A stretch of DNA of 63,673 nucleotides, the filler included, from Salisapilia sapeloensis CBS 127946 (Eukaryota > Protista > Oomycota), in the NCBI GenBank assembly GCA_023334545.1. It is 7 parts of 7 records of this genome, joined end to end, with 100 filler letters (N's around TTAATTAATTAA, not from the genome) between each part and the next. Parts side by side here need not be neighbours in the genome. Positions count along the whole stretch, not along the records: positions 1 to 22,128 come from JAADVB010000278.1; positions 22,229 to 45,655 come from JAADVB010000265.1; 5 more parts are not named here. The stretch is one strand, 5' to 3'. Both the position numbers and the translations under genes were made by a program. The notes under the pieces were generated by a model. It saw only the letters and a program-made list of their open reading frames with translations. It was not told the origin of the DNA and searched no databases. Positions 12,809 through 23,367 of this stretch are shown here, piece after piece. The stretch's first letter is position 1; every line of letters begins with the position of its first letter.

Positions 12809-13072
12809 CCTCTTCGCTATTTACGTCTTGTGCGTGTTCGACTGAGCTTAACCGTCCGAAGCGACATAAACGAGCCAGTACAAGGTCTTTACATCTAGAA
12901 ATATAAGCCAATCAACGATGGGTATTTGAGCAATTTTTTTTACTAAAAGGCCAGATGGGTAGGTGAAAAATGGAACATTAAAGGTAAAAGACTGCCGTAA
13001 AAGCCAATCGATATCGCTTTTTTTGAAACGTTTCTGTCTGATACTTTCTTCAATAGCACTTCAACTCTCAAT

Positions 13073-14437
13073 TTACTCGGCATTGGGCGCTCGGAACCAG
13101 TACACTTCAGCTAGCTCTTGCTTGCCAGAGATCTTCTTTGGCTCACCCGCCTTCTTCGCGTGTGCTTCAAGCTCTTCCAAAGTGCACTCTCCCTTCTCGA
13201 CCTTCTGGCCAAGCTCTGACTTCCACGAAGCGTATCGGTCGTCCAGCAGCTTCTGGAGCTTTCCGTCCTCGATGACTTTTACGGCGAGACGCAGGCCACG
13301 AGCGAAGCAGTCCATCGCACCGACGTGAGCGATGAACAAGTCAGACGGGTCAGTCGATTCCCGACGGACCTTGCAGTCAAAGTTGAGTCCACCAGGAGCC
13401 AAGCCGCCGATCTCAATCAGCTTCTTCATCACGAGCATGGCTTTACGGTCATCCATCAAGAACTGGTCCGTGTCCCAGCCGACGAGAGTGTCACCCGTGT
13501 TGCAATCAATTGATCCCAAGTAACCATAGTTGGCGGCGTGGTAGATGTCGAACTCGTAGTCGTGTCCGGCCAAAGTCGTGTGGTTGGGCTCAATGTTCAG
13601 CTTGAAGTCGTTCTGCAGGCCGTACGTCTGGAGGAAGGACATGCACGTGGCAGCATCATAGTCGTACTGGTGCTTCATCGGCTCACGCGGCTTGGGCTCC
13701 AAGAGGAACTGGAAGTTGGCTCCAATCTTCTTCTTGTAGGCCACGACCATCTTGAAGAATGCAGCCATGTGATCAAGTTCCTTCTTCGTGTCCGTGTTCA
13801 GGACGCTCTGGAAGCCTTCACGACCGCCCCAGAAGACAAAGTTCTCAGCTCCGAGCTTTAGTCCGATCTCCATCGTCTTCTTCACGTTGGCGGCAGCACG
13901 AGCGTAGACGTCAATGTCTGGGTTCGTGGAACCTCCGTTCATGAAGCGGACGTTACTGAAGAGGTTGGCAGTGGCCCAGAGGCACTTGACACCCGTCTCC
14001 TGCATCTTCTTCTGGATGTACTCGACGATCTCGTCCAGACGCTCCTGAGTGTCTGCCAAGTTCTCGCCTTCGTTCACGAGGTCGACGTCGTGGAATGTAA
14101 AGTATGGAACACCGAGCTTTTTGAAGAGCTCGAACGCCGCGTCGGCTTTGCACTTGGCAGCTTCCATGGCACGGTCCTTGTTCGAGCCGAGGGAGTTGTT
14201 CTCGAGCGGATGGTTCCATGAACGATCAAAGGTGCCAGGACCGAACGGGTCGGCACCAGTTCCGCAGAACGTGTGCCAGTAGCAGACCGAGAAGCGCATC
14301 CAGTCTTTCATGGACTTGCCCATGATGACTTCTTCCGGGTTGTACTCGTGGTACGCGAGGACGTTCTGGGAGGAACGGCCCTCGTACTTGATGGGCGAGA
14401 CGTCCGGGAAGTATTCTTTCACTTGGTGCTCAGGCAT
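13073..14437 (-). CDS. xylA: Xylose isomerase (class II), intronless
   Basis: FHD, VFWGGREG, EPKPREP, NIEPNH, DCNTGD, WDTDQF and GGLNFD metal-binding motifs; strong GC3 bias. ATG 14437 lies just downstream of an Inr-FPR element. Confidence 0.97.
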   Translation of the reverse strand: MPEHQVKEYFPDVSPIKYEGRSSQNVLAYHEYNPEEVIMGKSMKDWMRFSVCYWHTFCGTGADPFGPGTFDRSWNHPLENNSLGSNKDRAMEAAKCKADAAFELFKKLGVPYFTFHDVDLVNEGENLADTQERLDEIVEYIQKKMQETGVKCLWATANLFSNVRFMNGGSTNPDIDVYARAAANVKKTMEIGLKLGAENFVFWGGREGFQSVLNTDTKKELDHMAAFFKMVVAYKKKIGANFQFLLEPKPREPMKHQYDYDAATCMSFLQTYGLQNDFKLNIEPNHTTLAGHDYEFDIYHAANYGYLGSIDCNTGDTLVGWDTDQFLMDDRKAMLVMKKLIEIGGLAPGGLNFDCKVRRESTDPSDLFIAHVGAMDCFARGLRLAVKVIEDGKLQKLLDDRYASWKSELGQKVEKGECTLEELEAHAKKAGEPKKISGKQELAEVYWFRAPNAE

Positions 14438-14460
14438 CTTGTCTTTTTGTTGCTTGGGAA

Positions 14461-14476
14461 GCAAATTCAGAAATGA
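14461..14476 (-). promoter_or_regulatory. Oomycete core promoter Inr+FPR of the xylose isomerase gene
   Basis: Minus strand TCATTTC-TG-AATTTGC matches YCATTYY + MWTTTNC, ending 24 nt upstream of the ATG. Confidence 0.65.
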
Positions 14477-15235
14477 TAGATGTCCAGCCCGCCGTGCTCA
14501 TCGTTCAACCATACTTCAAGGTCGTGACTTGATCACTCTATGTCTGATAGAAGAAGGAGCTTGAAGTGTGCATAAACCACGATGGCAACGCGGCAGCTTT
14601 GATTGCAGACCACGGTCACCGTATCTTTAGTGGGAACACCTTAGTAGGTACCGCTTTCTCCATAGGTGAAGATACATGGTTGACGTAGTGCTAGACGCTG
14701 GAAGGATATCGACAATGAACAGGAAAGGCATTAAATACGTCGTTGTCCCGTCTCAATATTGGCGTTTGTGTGGTGCCTTCGACTATCTTGAAGTCGGATC
14801 GGCAATCAGCCGGCCTAAACGTTGTTCGAGAGAGGCTGCGTAGACCTTGCATTTCAAGCGATAGCACGCGTCGAAACTGAGTTGGTGCACACGAGTGAAG
14901 GTGCTCGAAAAATTAAGTTTATCACGAAACAAGAGAAGCTTACGCTGCTACAACTCCACCTTTCTGCACGAGCAATCGAGGATTTTCAAAATGTATTTAT
15001 GTACTTGGAAAGTATCTTCGTCCTACCGAAATGAAGTAGATCTTGCTGTAAAGCAAAGGTCATCAATTCAAGCCACCGACAACCAGCTGGAAATGTTATC
15101 TATTTTCGAGCTTTGAAGTTCAATAAAACTATTAATATTAGCTGTTGCGGGTAAAATCTCTTTATAATCATGGCCCTATATAATGACGACTGATGGCAAC
15201 CCAAAAGACCTGTTTGAAATGTACCCATCAACTCG

Positions 15236-16438
15236 TCAAACACGTCGATAAGATGCCTCTCGCGGAGACCTTGCTTCCTCCACTTCGTTCGTCGATCCAC
15301 GGATATTTGCCGGCCCACGTCGGTTCATTTCACTTGGTGACGTCGGTCGATACCCAGATCCTTCTTCAACTACGACACCGGGTGCATACATCGCACTAGC
15401 TGGCGGTGCAGTCGCTTGTCCGTACCTTAATTGGTCTTGTTCATTGCCAACAAGCTCATCCATGTGGGACTTCCACCCTTCGAGGTTCAATGGTGGTGCA
15501 GTCTCATCTCGACTGTTTCTTTGTGTGGTCTGGATACGGTGAATGTCCGCCTCGGAAACGCTATGGTTGGAATCCCTTTGACTGTTGCTCGTCGTGTGAT
15601 TTCTCTTCGACTTGCGATAAAGAATAACAACGATACAAGCCACAATAACTATTAATATCGGCAGACCAACTGCAACCAGAATTATCATGCCTTCAGAAAG
15701 AGCAAGCCCATCATCGCAATAGTTGTCTACGACGTTTTCCTCCCAACGCCCTTCCTCGCATGCTCGAATGCACAAGCAGTGTCCATCCTCTCCCACGACA
15801 AACGAAGGAATGTCGCTGTCTCCTGGCAGTTTGTCTACGGTATTCCCTATGCGCCAATGATCATCATCGTCCAGGTGATATACGCTTGTAAAAAACGTGG
15901 ACGATGCAGTTCGCCATCGTTGTCTCCAGTCCGCACAAATAGCATCATCCTGATCGCAGTATTTGAATAATCCCGATTCGTAATAGTTATCTTCGCTTTC
16001 TTTATAGCGAGCTGATTTTATTTCCGGTATAAATCTCAGCGTCTCTTCTGCAACGCAAGCGCCCTTGGGATCCACCACACACTATAAACCAGAAGATGAG
16101 CGTTGAATATAATTACTGGGCATGTACCATACTTTGTTGTTGTCATCGATTAATACACCAAGACATTCTCGACACGTCCGCGGTTGGTCGCATTTTTCAT
16201 CTCCATGCCAAAGGCACGCCTCAACTGTAGACACATCATCTACTGTAGAGCTCTCGTTCGATGAGTTGGGCACAGAAATAATGCCACCTGGAATAGCACC
16301 TAAAGTGCCGCCCGATCCCGCCTGAACGATTATATCGTTCATGTAAACTGGTGAAGGACTTATATATGTGATGTTGCTCGCTGTTGCGGATGGTCTAGGC
16401 AAAGCCTCATTAGCATGGGTAGAGTCTCGACGTGACAT
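15236..16438 (-). CDS. Single-pass membrane protein with a Cys-rich PSI-like ectodomain; intron 16082-16132
   Basis: CDQPRTCRECL/CVVDPKGAC...CDQDDAICADW...CLCIRACE, a TM helix (GMIILVAVGLPILIVIVACIVVILY) and a basic stop-transfer stretch. Confidence 0.75.
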
Positions 16439-17656
16439 GATGGGGTTAGAAGGAGAGTGGATATTCTAAAATACTCTCGTAGGCACAGTGCCTTGGACCT
16501 CGTATGGTGCAAAGGATAGTCATTTCGATAGAGCTCTCCTGTCCACATTTTAAATACCCATCCTTGACAAAGAAAGGGATTTCTCTATTCAAAACTAAGG
16601 AATGAACCCGCCAAGATGAGACATATTTGCAAGCCTCATAAGCCCGATAAGTCAAAAGTTGCATCGATGCAATTGACTGACAACCTTTGATAACTCGAGC
16701 ATACTTTCGTATTCAAGGTTCCTGAAAATACCTTCATCTGATTCAAAATTACTCGGGTAAGTTTCAAGTACAAGTACGTTTCTGTCATACTCGACACACA
16801 TCACGCCTACTGCGCAGGACGAGGCGTCGAATCCAGTCAGTCAAGACCAGCTGTAGTAATGCACTTCGTGTTGGTAACTTGTGCTTTTGATACAACTTTC
16901 GATATCTGCTGCACTTGGATCGTAAAAGTTTTGAAGATTTTCTTGCTTGTCCTGGCCAGACGGCTTAAGCGATGGTGTACATCATTGTCTGTGGAGCCTT
17001 TGTGTAGCTTCAAAGAAGACTGTAGCTGTAAAAACGTAAGTCTTTTGACAAAAAATGACATAAGTATCGTCTAACTGAAGTGTTCCGCAGCCGCCTATCA
17101 ATTGATAGTCGATGGCATTCTGGTTGAAGACTCTTAAGAGCTTTCTGTGGGTGATTGAACTGTATCGTTCAAGATATATTTCTTGAAAGTACAATTATTT
17201 ATAAATAGCTCATCGTGATCTATTCACTTGCTTTTACAAATAAAAGCTTTCGTCATGAACCGATGCATCCACGACTGAATACGATTTTAAGATCTTGGCA
17301 TGGAATATTCTATGCGCATGTATTATTTGAAACAAAATATGTTCGGTATATGCGCCAACGGTTGGAGGAATATACGATGGAGTGGGTTCGCGCGTCCGTG
17401 CTAGCGTAAGCTTTTCACTCTTTTGAAATCCGAATTTTGTAGCCCAGCGCTTCACGCTCGGGGAGCATCTTTAGCAGCGAGTATTAGAGATCTCTGACCG
17501 AACATGAACCGAAGATATTCCGTACAATTCATTTTATCGTGAGAGTTGCCAGGATTCCCTTTGATGCTTCGATCTATTCTGAACGGTGCTTTCGTCCACT
17601 TCGAGGTCCTCATACCAAAACTTGTAACGAGCAACTAGTGAAATCTATCAGCAACA

Positions 17657-18403
17657 ATGAACTTCGTCGGCCTAGAAATCTTTCTAGCGTTTTTTGTGCT
17701 TTTGACATTGGCAGGCACGTATACCAAGAGCATCCGTATTGACCGTCGCGAGTATAAGTCCACAGGCATCGATCATGAAAAGCTGTCCACCATATTCTTT
17801 CTACCCGAGGTAAAAGAAGTGCAAGTAAATCGATGCAAGTTTCACCAACACAGACAGCTTATGTTTCCTGTATTGTAGCGACCTGATGGACAATCAGATC
17901 ACAAAGCTCAACGCAACCCAGTTTCAGCACGTCAATGTTCTGTACAGTAACTTGGAATATACACATCATAAATGAACATCGACTTATGATGCAAATGCAG
18001 CTGGCTGAGTGGTAATCCGATCGCAGAAATATCGGGAACATTTCCGGAACTAAAAGAATTGTAAGTTTGACGTGGCACCGAATTCTGATAAGTAGTGCGC
18101 TTACATAAATTGATGATGAACAGGTACATGAAAGAAACATTTTTTGCACGGCTCGGACGAGCAGAGTGGAAGCCGCGCTCGGTCATTACTTGCGCTCGTC
18201 TAAATCGAAGGAGCATCTGCTCACTCATTTTAGAAGAAACAGAGCAAGCTTTGCTCATGTACGAGCAATTTTTAGGTACAGCGAGCAACTCGCCCTCGCT
18301 CGCCTTTTTACGTTTCCATCGGGTGAAAATAGAAGATAAAAATCTATCCTTCGCAACTTTCTATAGTCTACCCTCGTACCAAAATACCTCCATCATATCA
18401 TAA
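17657..18403 (+). CDS. Secreted leucine-rich-repeat protein with micro-exons; 3' end uncertain
   Basis: Signal peptide MNFVGLEIFLAFFVLLTLAG, then LRRs rebuilt across three phase-2 introns (17821-17878 GC-AG, 17942-18000, 18061-18123): LPEVKEVDLMDNQITKL / FQHVNVLWLSGNPIAEI / FPELKELYM. Confidence 0.65.
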
Positions 18404-19057
18404 ACAAACATAAATGATAAACGGTATGTATTTCGTTGATTCCCTTTGTAGTGGCATTATTTGTTTCTGTCATATCGAAAATATGTACATCTGTATCTTT
18501 GAAAACATATCGATTGCCTCGTCGCCTCTAAACGGCGAGTACGCTGCAGGTATGCGATTTTATCGGATTACTAAAATTGCAGAAATTGTCTTAAAGTATA
18601 AATATATATCCTAATACGTAATAAGCCAATATGTGGGCAAAACCACAAAACGCTTGTTCATATGTCAACCAATCAAATGCTAGAAAAGCGATCAAACAGC
18701 TGCGAACAGCTCCCAAGTGCTCCTATTTTACGAGCAACATTGCTACAACCTTTAAGTGAGACGCGAGCTTTGGGCGAGCAGTTGCTCGTCCCATTTATAT
18801 TGCTCATTGCTTTAACGAGAGCAGAAAATTAGCGATATGGCTGCTCTTTTTCTCTCAATAAAAGAACGGGAGGTAACATTTGGACGAAACGACGCTCGGT
18901 GACAGATTGCTCGTCCGAGGTGCGTCATATGCATGCACGCAACCTTAGGATAGCATATATAATTAAATTTGGTGAAATGAAACGGATGATTTTTGATACG
19001 GACAGGACACTTCCCATTCTCCAAAAGTATGTGGTGTTTGTCTTTACGATCGAAAGT

Positions 19058-20709
19058 CTAGTGATACCTCGAGTCTAGTTGGTTGTAGAGTTCATCAAGT
19101 AGCTTATGATGGAAGAGTATTTTCTTGAACAAGAGCTTTTGGAGTATGAAAGATGGCGCTCCTCGTAGCTTCCTCTCCGACAGCCATTCTTCCAACTTCC
19201 TTCGCTCCATGGGTTTGTAGCAAATCGAGTCAGATTCAAACGGATTGAACTCGCTCTGATAAGCCTTCAAGCACTTCATCTCTCGGTTCCGAGCGTAGAC
19301 ATCATCCCAGAAGATGTACCAGTATGCTCGAACAGGATTCGACAAGAAGAAATTCATTCGAGCATAAAGTGAATCGAGCAACTGAGGGCTTGTGTTGAGA
19401 AGACGAGACAATGTTTGGTTTTGTTCATGCGAGGACAAGTAGAGCAGTAGCTCGTGGCATGGTAACTGCGAGTTGTTGTAGATATAGTACCAGAACCCGT
19501 GTCCCAGCAGCTCTTGCTCTTTTGCATGCTTTGCAAGCAATCCTTTCCGATACTCTTGACACTTGTCAACGTATTGACTCAGGCTTGACTCCCATGCAAG
19601 CCTAGCGTTTTCAAAGAACCGAGTGAGGTTCTGTGTTTCTTTCATATCATTCTTCAAACCGATGTGGCTAGGAGGTTTCATCGTGCGTTGGTTCGTGATC
19701 TGATGCACTTGCCCCGTAGAAGGTGCAACGGCCCGACCATATCCATCTTGGTACGGCATTGAGATCTCAAATCCTGGTACCATGACTTTCTCATTGTCAT
19801 TCGTCTTCAGCTGAAGGAAACCGTTCGTGTAGTAGCACTCGAAGCGTACAATTGCATACTTTTGTTTCTCGACTCCCTCACGCCTTGTGAATTTGTATAC
19901 CAGACCGTCTTGAACCCATCTTCCACTTGAATGAACTCCATTTGACTAAATCGCCAATGGATACGGCTGTTGGAAGCAGCGATGGACCGAAGTTTCTGTC
20001 GAACTAGTCTCTTCTGTTTGATGCTTGGAGAATCGTTTAGGCTGAGCAGTTGCTCCAGCCGATCGGACTTGAGGTAGGACACGTCGTCACTGTCGTCATA
20101 GACCATGACGCAGTAAAAGAGATGTGGATGGATATAGAGCTTCTCGAAACACGTATTCGAGTTCAACTCCCCATCTCGTGTGCTAGTCCTGTCGTTCCAG
20201 TACACATCAACCCCTTCCACATCCCTCGCTTTTATTCGACGATATGCTGTTAGACTATGTGCTTCACCTTGCCAATGGTCGACAACGTTGGCCATCCCAC
20301 GCTCTCGCACCGCATCTTCGAGTTTCTTCAGACGTTCAACCACACCAGCATTCTCTTTTTCCACAGACAGCAAGACAGCTTTCTAAAAGCTTTGCCACAC
20401 ACGACGTTTGATCTCCAGCTTCACGTCCCAATGAGGCAAGATCGTGTCGTGTGTCGCATCGACGATCCGATTTGTCGTCTCACTGAACGTAAGCCATCCG
20501 TAGACGTTTCTCACCGCGACACGAAACTTTGGCATCCCAAAGATCAGGAGACATAGCATGAATAGTAGTGTGATGAGGTTTAGAACGTAGCCGATGAAGC
20601 CAAATGGTGTCACGGTGCTCAAGTTCTCTGTATTGTCAGAAGCCGAGAAAGCGAGAATGACACCACCAATGGCTGTTATGAGGGCAGAGAATTTCCCACT
20701 CATCTTCAT
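19058..20709 (-). pseudogene. Disabled C-terminal part of a large oomycete multi-TM protein family
   Basis: Three ORF pieces read as one protein once an in-frame TAG (20383-20385, WQSF*KAVLL, probably from TGG) and a 1-nt frameshift in an A-run (about 19860-19863) are corrected. No 5' part is present. Confidence 0.7.
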
Positions 20710-20782
20710 CTGGCCAGCTTACGACCGTCGACTCCAGTCAAAGCAAGGCGGACGTCGCACGATAAAGATAATTCCCTATACT

Positions 20783-21388
20783 TCATTTTCCTAAACCAAG
20801 AAATAACGCTTGTTTAGACCACGTGCTATCGTTACCGAAGCTTCCGAGACACTTCAGCACCACCATCATGTGAAGTTCCGTTCCTCCAAGAAAAAGGCAC
20901 TTTCCTTTTGACTTCAATGCAGGATCACTCTTGATCATAGCGACGAGATGAAAGAATGCGCCTCTGTCCATGCGGCAATGTTCTAGGAACTCAATCTTAT
21001 TCAATACAGTCTCGTCATACAATAGTTGTTGCCATCGATCTTTACGTCTTCGATATGACACTGACCTTTTAATAAATGGGTTTCCAAGCACTCGCTCAAA
21101 CGCAGCTGCACATATGATGTCCATGTCGTCCTCACTCTCATCCGTGTCGTCGAATAGACATCGAATTAATGCAGCTTCTCTACGGAGCTCATGAGTGGCC
21201 TGTTGATATCGAAGAAGCGCTTGACGCGCGGATGGACGTGGCATGGCGATTTTATCAACAAAAAGCCGAGTTGCTGCTGCAACGGTCGTTTGGATGGTTC
21301 AATCTTTCGTTCGTCTATTGGTTTAATATAAATATATTGATTTATAAATAAAAATAATTTCTTTGCTGCTGTGAGCATTGTCAACCCC
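20783..21388 (-). mobile_element. Truncated PIF/Harbinger DNA transposon (candidate left end + transposase N-terminus)
   Basis: ORF 21244-20783 (EFLEHCRMDRGAFFHLV...ELHMMVVLKCLGSFGN...LFLGLGK*) resembles the HARBI1/DDE_Tnp_4 N-terminus. On the minus strand TTA followed by GGGGTTGACAATG at 21391-21376 fits a TSD plus TIR start. Confidence 0.65.
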
Positions 21389-22008
21389 TAATTTTAACAA
21401 ATACAGTATTTGCTTCTTTTTATGTGGATAAATTAATAGTAACAGATAGCTTTAAAGCCAAAATATATCTATGGAAGTAGCTTCATTACTTCTTAATATT
21501 CACGCCAGCTCATTGCTATTGATTTTTCGTGTCTGAATTTTTGCATGGGATTTCTGTTGCTAATCTTGAGGTGTCCGTTGTCGAGCTTTTCGTCTAGACA
21601 CCATTTCAGGCTGTGATAAGCCCTCCACGGTTAGCGTACTTCTTTCAGATATTCGCATAAAGATATTTTTCCTTGGAAGGCTAACATAAATTGAATTTGA
21701 AGACGATCTTAGGGTCCAAGCTCTCGACGTAAAACTTTTGGATGTGATACTAAAATCTTAAAGTTCTTGTGCCACCTAACACGTCTACTATACATAACGT
21801 CCGCGTGGAGCGGTGTCAATATCTAAGTGTCTGGATCGAAAGCAAGGCACATATCGCAAGTAGCTCAAGAGCAACGCATTTTACTAGAAATTAGATAAAT
21901 AAATAGAGTAAATAGTAAAAACCAAGCTAGAAGTAGAGTGCTCACGCCATTTATTTTTGCCTTATGACTCTCTTCATCATGTAGTCGAAAATACCAAGAC
22001 GCCACAGC

Positions 22009-22128
22009 CTAGCAGTAGTAATAGCCACCGATCACGCGACCGAAGGGGCAATTGTTGCCATAAAAGTTCTGGCCAACATTGTACCAGAAGGCCACAGGGT
22101 AGCGATAGCCCGTGAAGAACTGACCTCC
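22009..22128 (-). CDS. C-terminal 39 aa of a Gly/Tyr-rich small protein (5' part lost in the gap)
   Basis: GGQFFTGYRYPVAFWYNVGQNFYGNNCPFGRVIGGYYYC*. The pattern YP..YW...G...YG..C.LG...GG.YYC is recalled from small secreted oomycete proteins. Confidence 0.55.
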   Translation of the reverse strand, partial: GGQFFTGYRYPVAFWYNVGQNFYGNNCPFGRVIGGYYYC

Positions 22129-22228
22129 NNNNNNNNNNNNNNNNNNNNNNNNNNNNNNNNNNNNNNNNNNNNTTAATTAATTAANNNNNNNNNNNNNNNN
22201 NNNNNNNNNNNNNNNNNNNNNNNNNNNN
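22129..22228. other. Artificial 100-nt contig spacer
   Basis: N44-TTAATTAATTAA-N44; the 12-mer carries stops in all six frames. Confidence 0.97.
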
Positions 22229-22915
22229 ATGGATAGAGCTGTAGACGGCAGCTAACTGAGGCGGATACACGACCATGACAATTCCTCTGGAGTCGTTCGC
22301 AGCGTGGTTACTCCTATCTAAACTTTCTACTCGCGACCGTGCTTTCTGAATCAGGCGCTCTGATTGTGGGGCCAACTTGATGTACTCGACTGCGTCTTCG
22401 CACTTGAAGCGGACATCCACGGGCGTCGCTTCGCAGGTTTCGGACGTGAGGAAGTGCACATCTTTTTTGTTCACAGTGTCGTATAAATGGCAATAGCCCA
22501 TAGAGTTCCCTCTTATAACACGGTCACAAGTTCGATCGATCTGATTACGGCCTGGACACTTGCCAGTGCCCCTCCATTCTCTGCATTCGTAGTTGGTTTC
22601 ATAGTCTACATCCTCCTCCTCCGTTTCATTGAGCACAGGTGCCAAAGGAATCGAAGATATGTTCGATACAGCAACCTCGACGCTATGAACAGGAAGCGAT
22701 ACAGCCTCTTCTGTTGATACGGTGGAAACCGTTGGAGGACAGTACGAAAGCAAGCAGAACAGATTCACAATTACAGTCATGAATACGATAGCCAGCATAC
22801 TCATAAACATTTTCCGCCTCTTGGACACTACATTCGAAGCCACTAACGAAAGTTTGTGCTCAGCGGGTTTGGAAGGCAATTCGATCGTTTCGACAACGTG
22901 CTTCATCATGTTCAT
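22229..22915 (-). CDS. GT71 (MNN-type alpha-mannosyltransferase)-like protein, N-terminal half, cut by the gap
   Basis: Type II TM anchor, Cys-rich CREWRGTG..C..GYC..C..FKC domain, then RGIVMVVYP as in the copy at 33856. An Inr-FPR-like CCATTCA-GC-ATTTTAC upstream supports ATG 22915. Confidence 0.8.
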
Positions 22916-23367
22916 GTGAGACTCTTGTATGCCTGCACGAACAATGGACGGTAAAATGCTGAATGGCTTCTGCTGTGTACGAGTAAAAGCATGCGTGAAG
23001 CATATGCTTTCAACCAACGTGTCGGAGGGAAGGTACAGCGTAAAGGTGTGCGGGATGGATATTCCAGGTAAATCATGAACATTCCTCATCGCTCTTCTTG
23101 GCGTACAAAGCCGTTCAATTCACGCCATTTATACTTCAGGCACTTTTATGAGCTCATTAACAAGACCGAAGGATATGTCTCGCCTTCGCGTTAGCACAGT
23201 GTGCACCTAGTAAGAGTCGGATGCACCTGCTCAAAGGATACGAGTCGCAAAAGGGTAAACTGAAACATGTGACAGACCACCGAGTTTAGGTTGCACAAAC
23301 GGACCATACCTTCTTGCAACCTCCGACCAAGTAATTTGACACGAAAAGCGCGCCGATCGCAGTGATC

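Noticed and set aside
16446-17640. Several 60-75 aa ORFs suggesting a decayed gene
   Set aside because: No consistent frame, splice pattern or motif could be assembled.
22173-22184. TTAATTAATTAA recurring six times, as a possible repeat, CRISPR-like unit or recombination site
   Set aside because: Always centred in exactly 44+44 Ns; a synthetic six-frame-stop linker, not biology.
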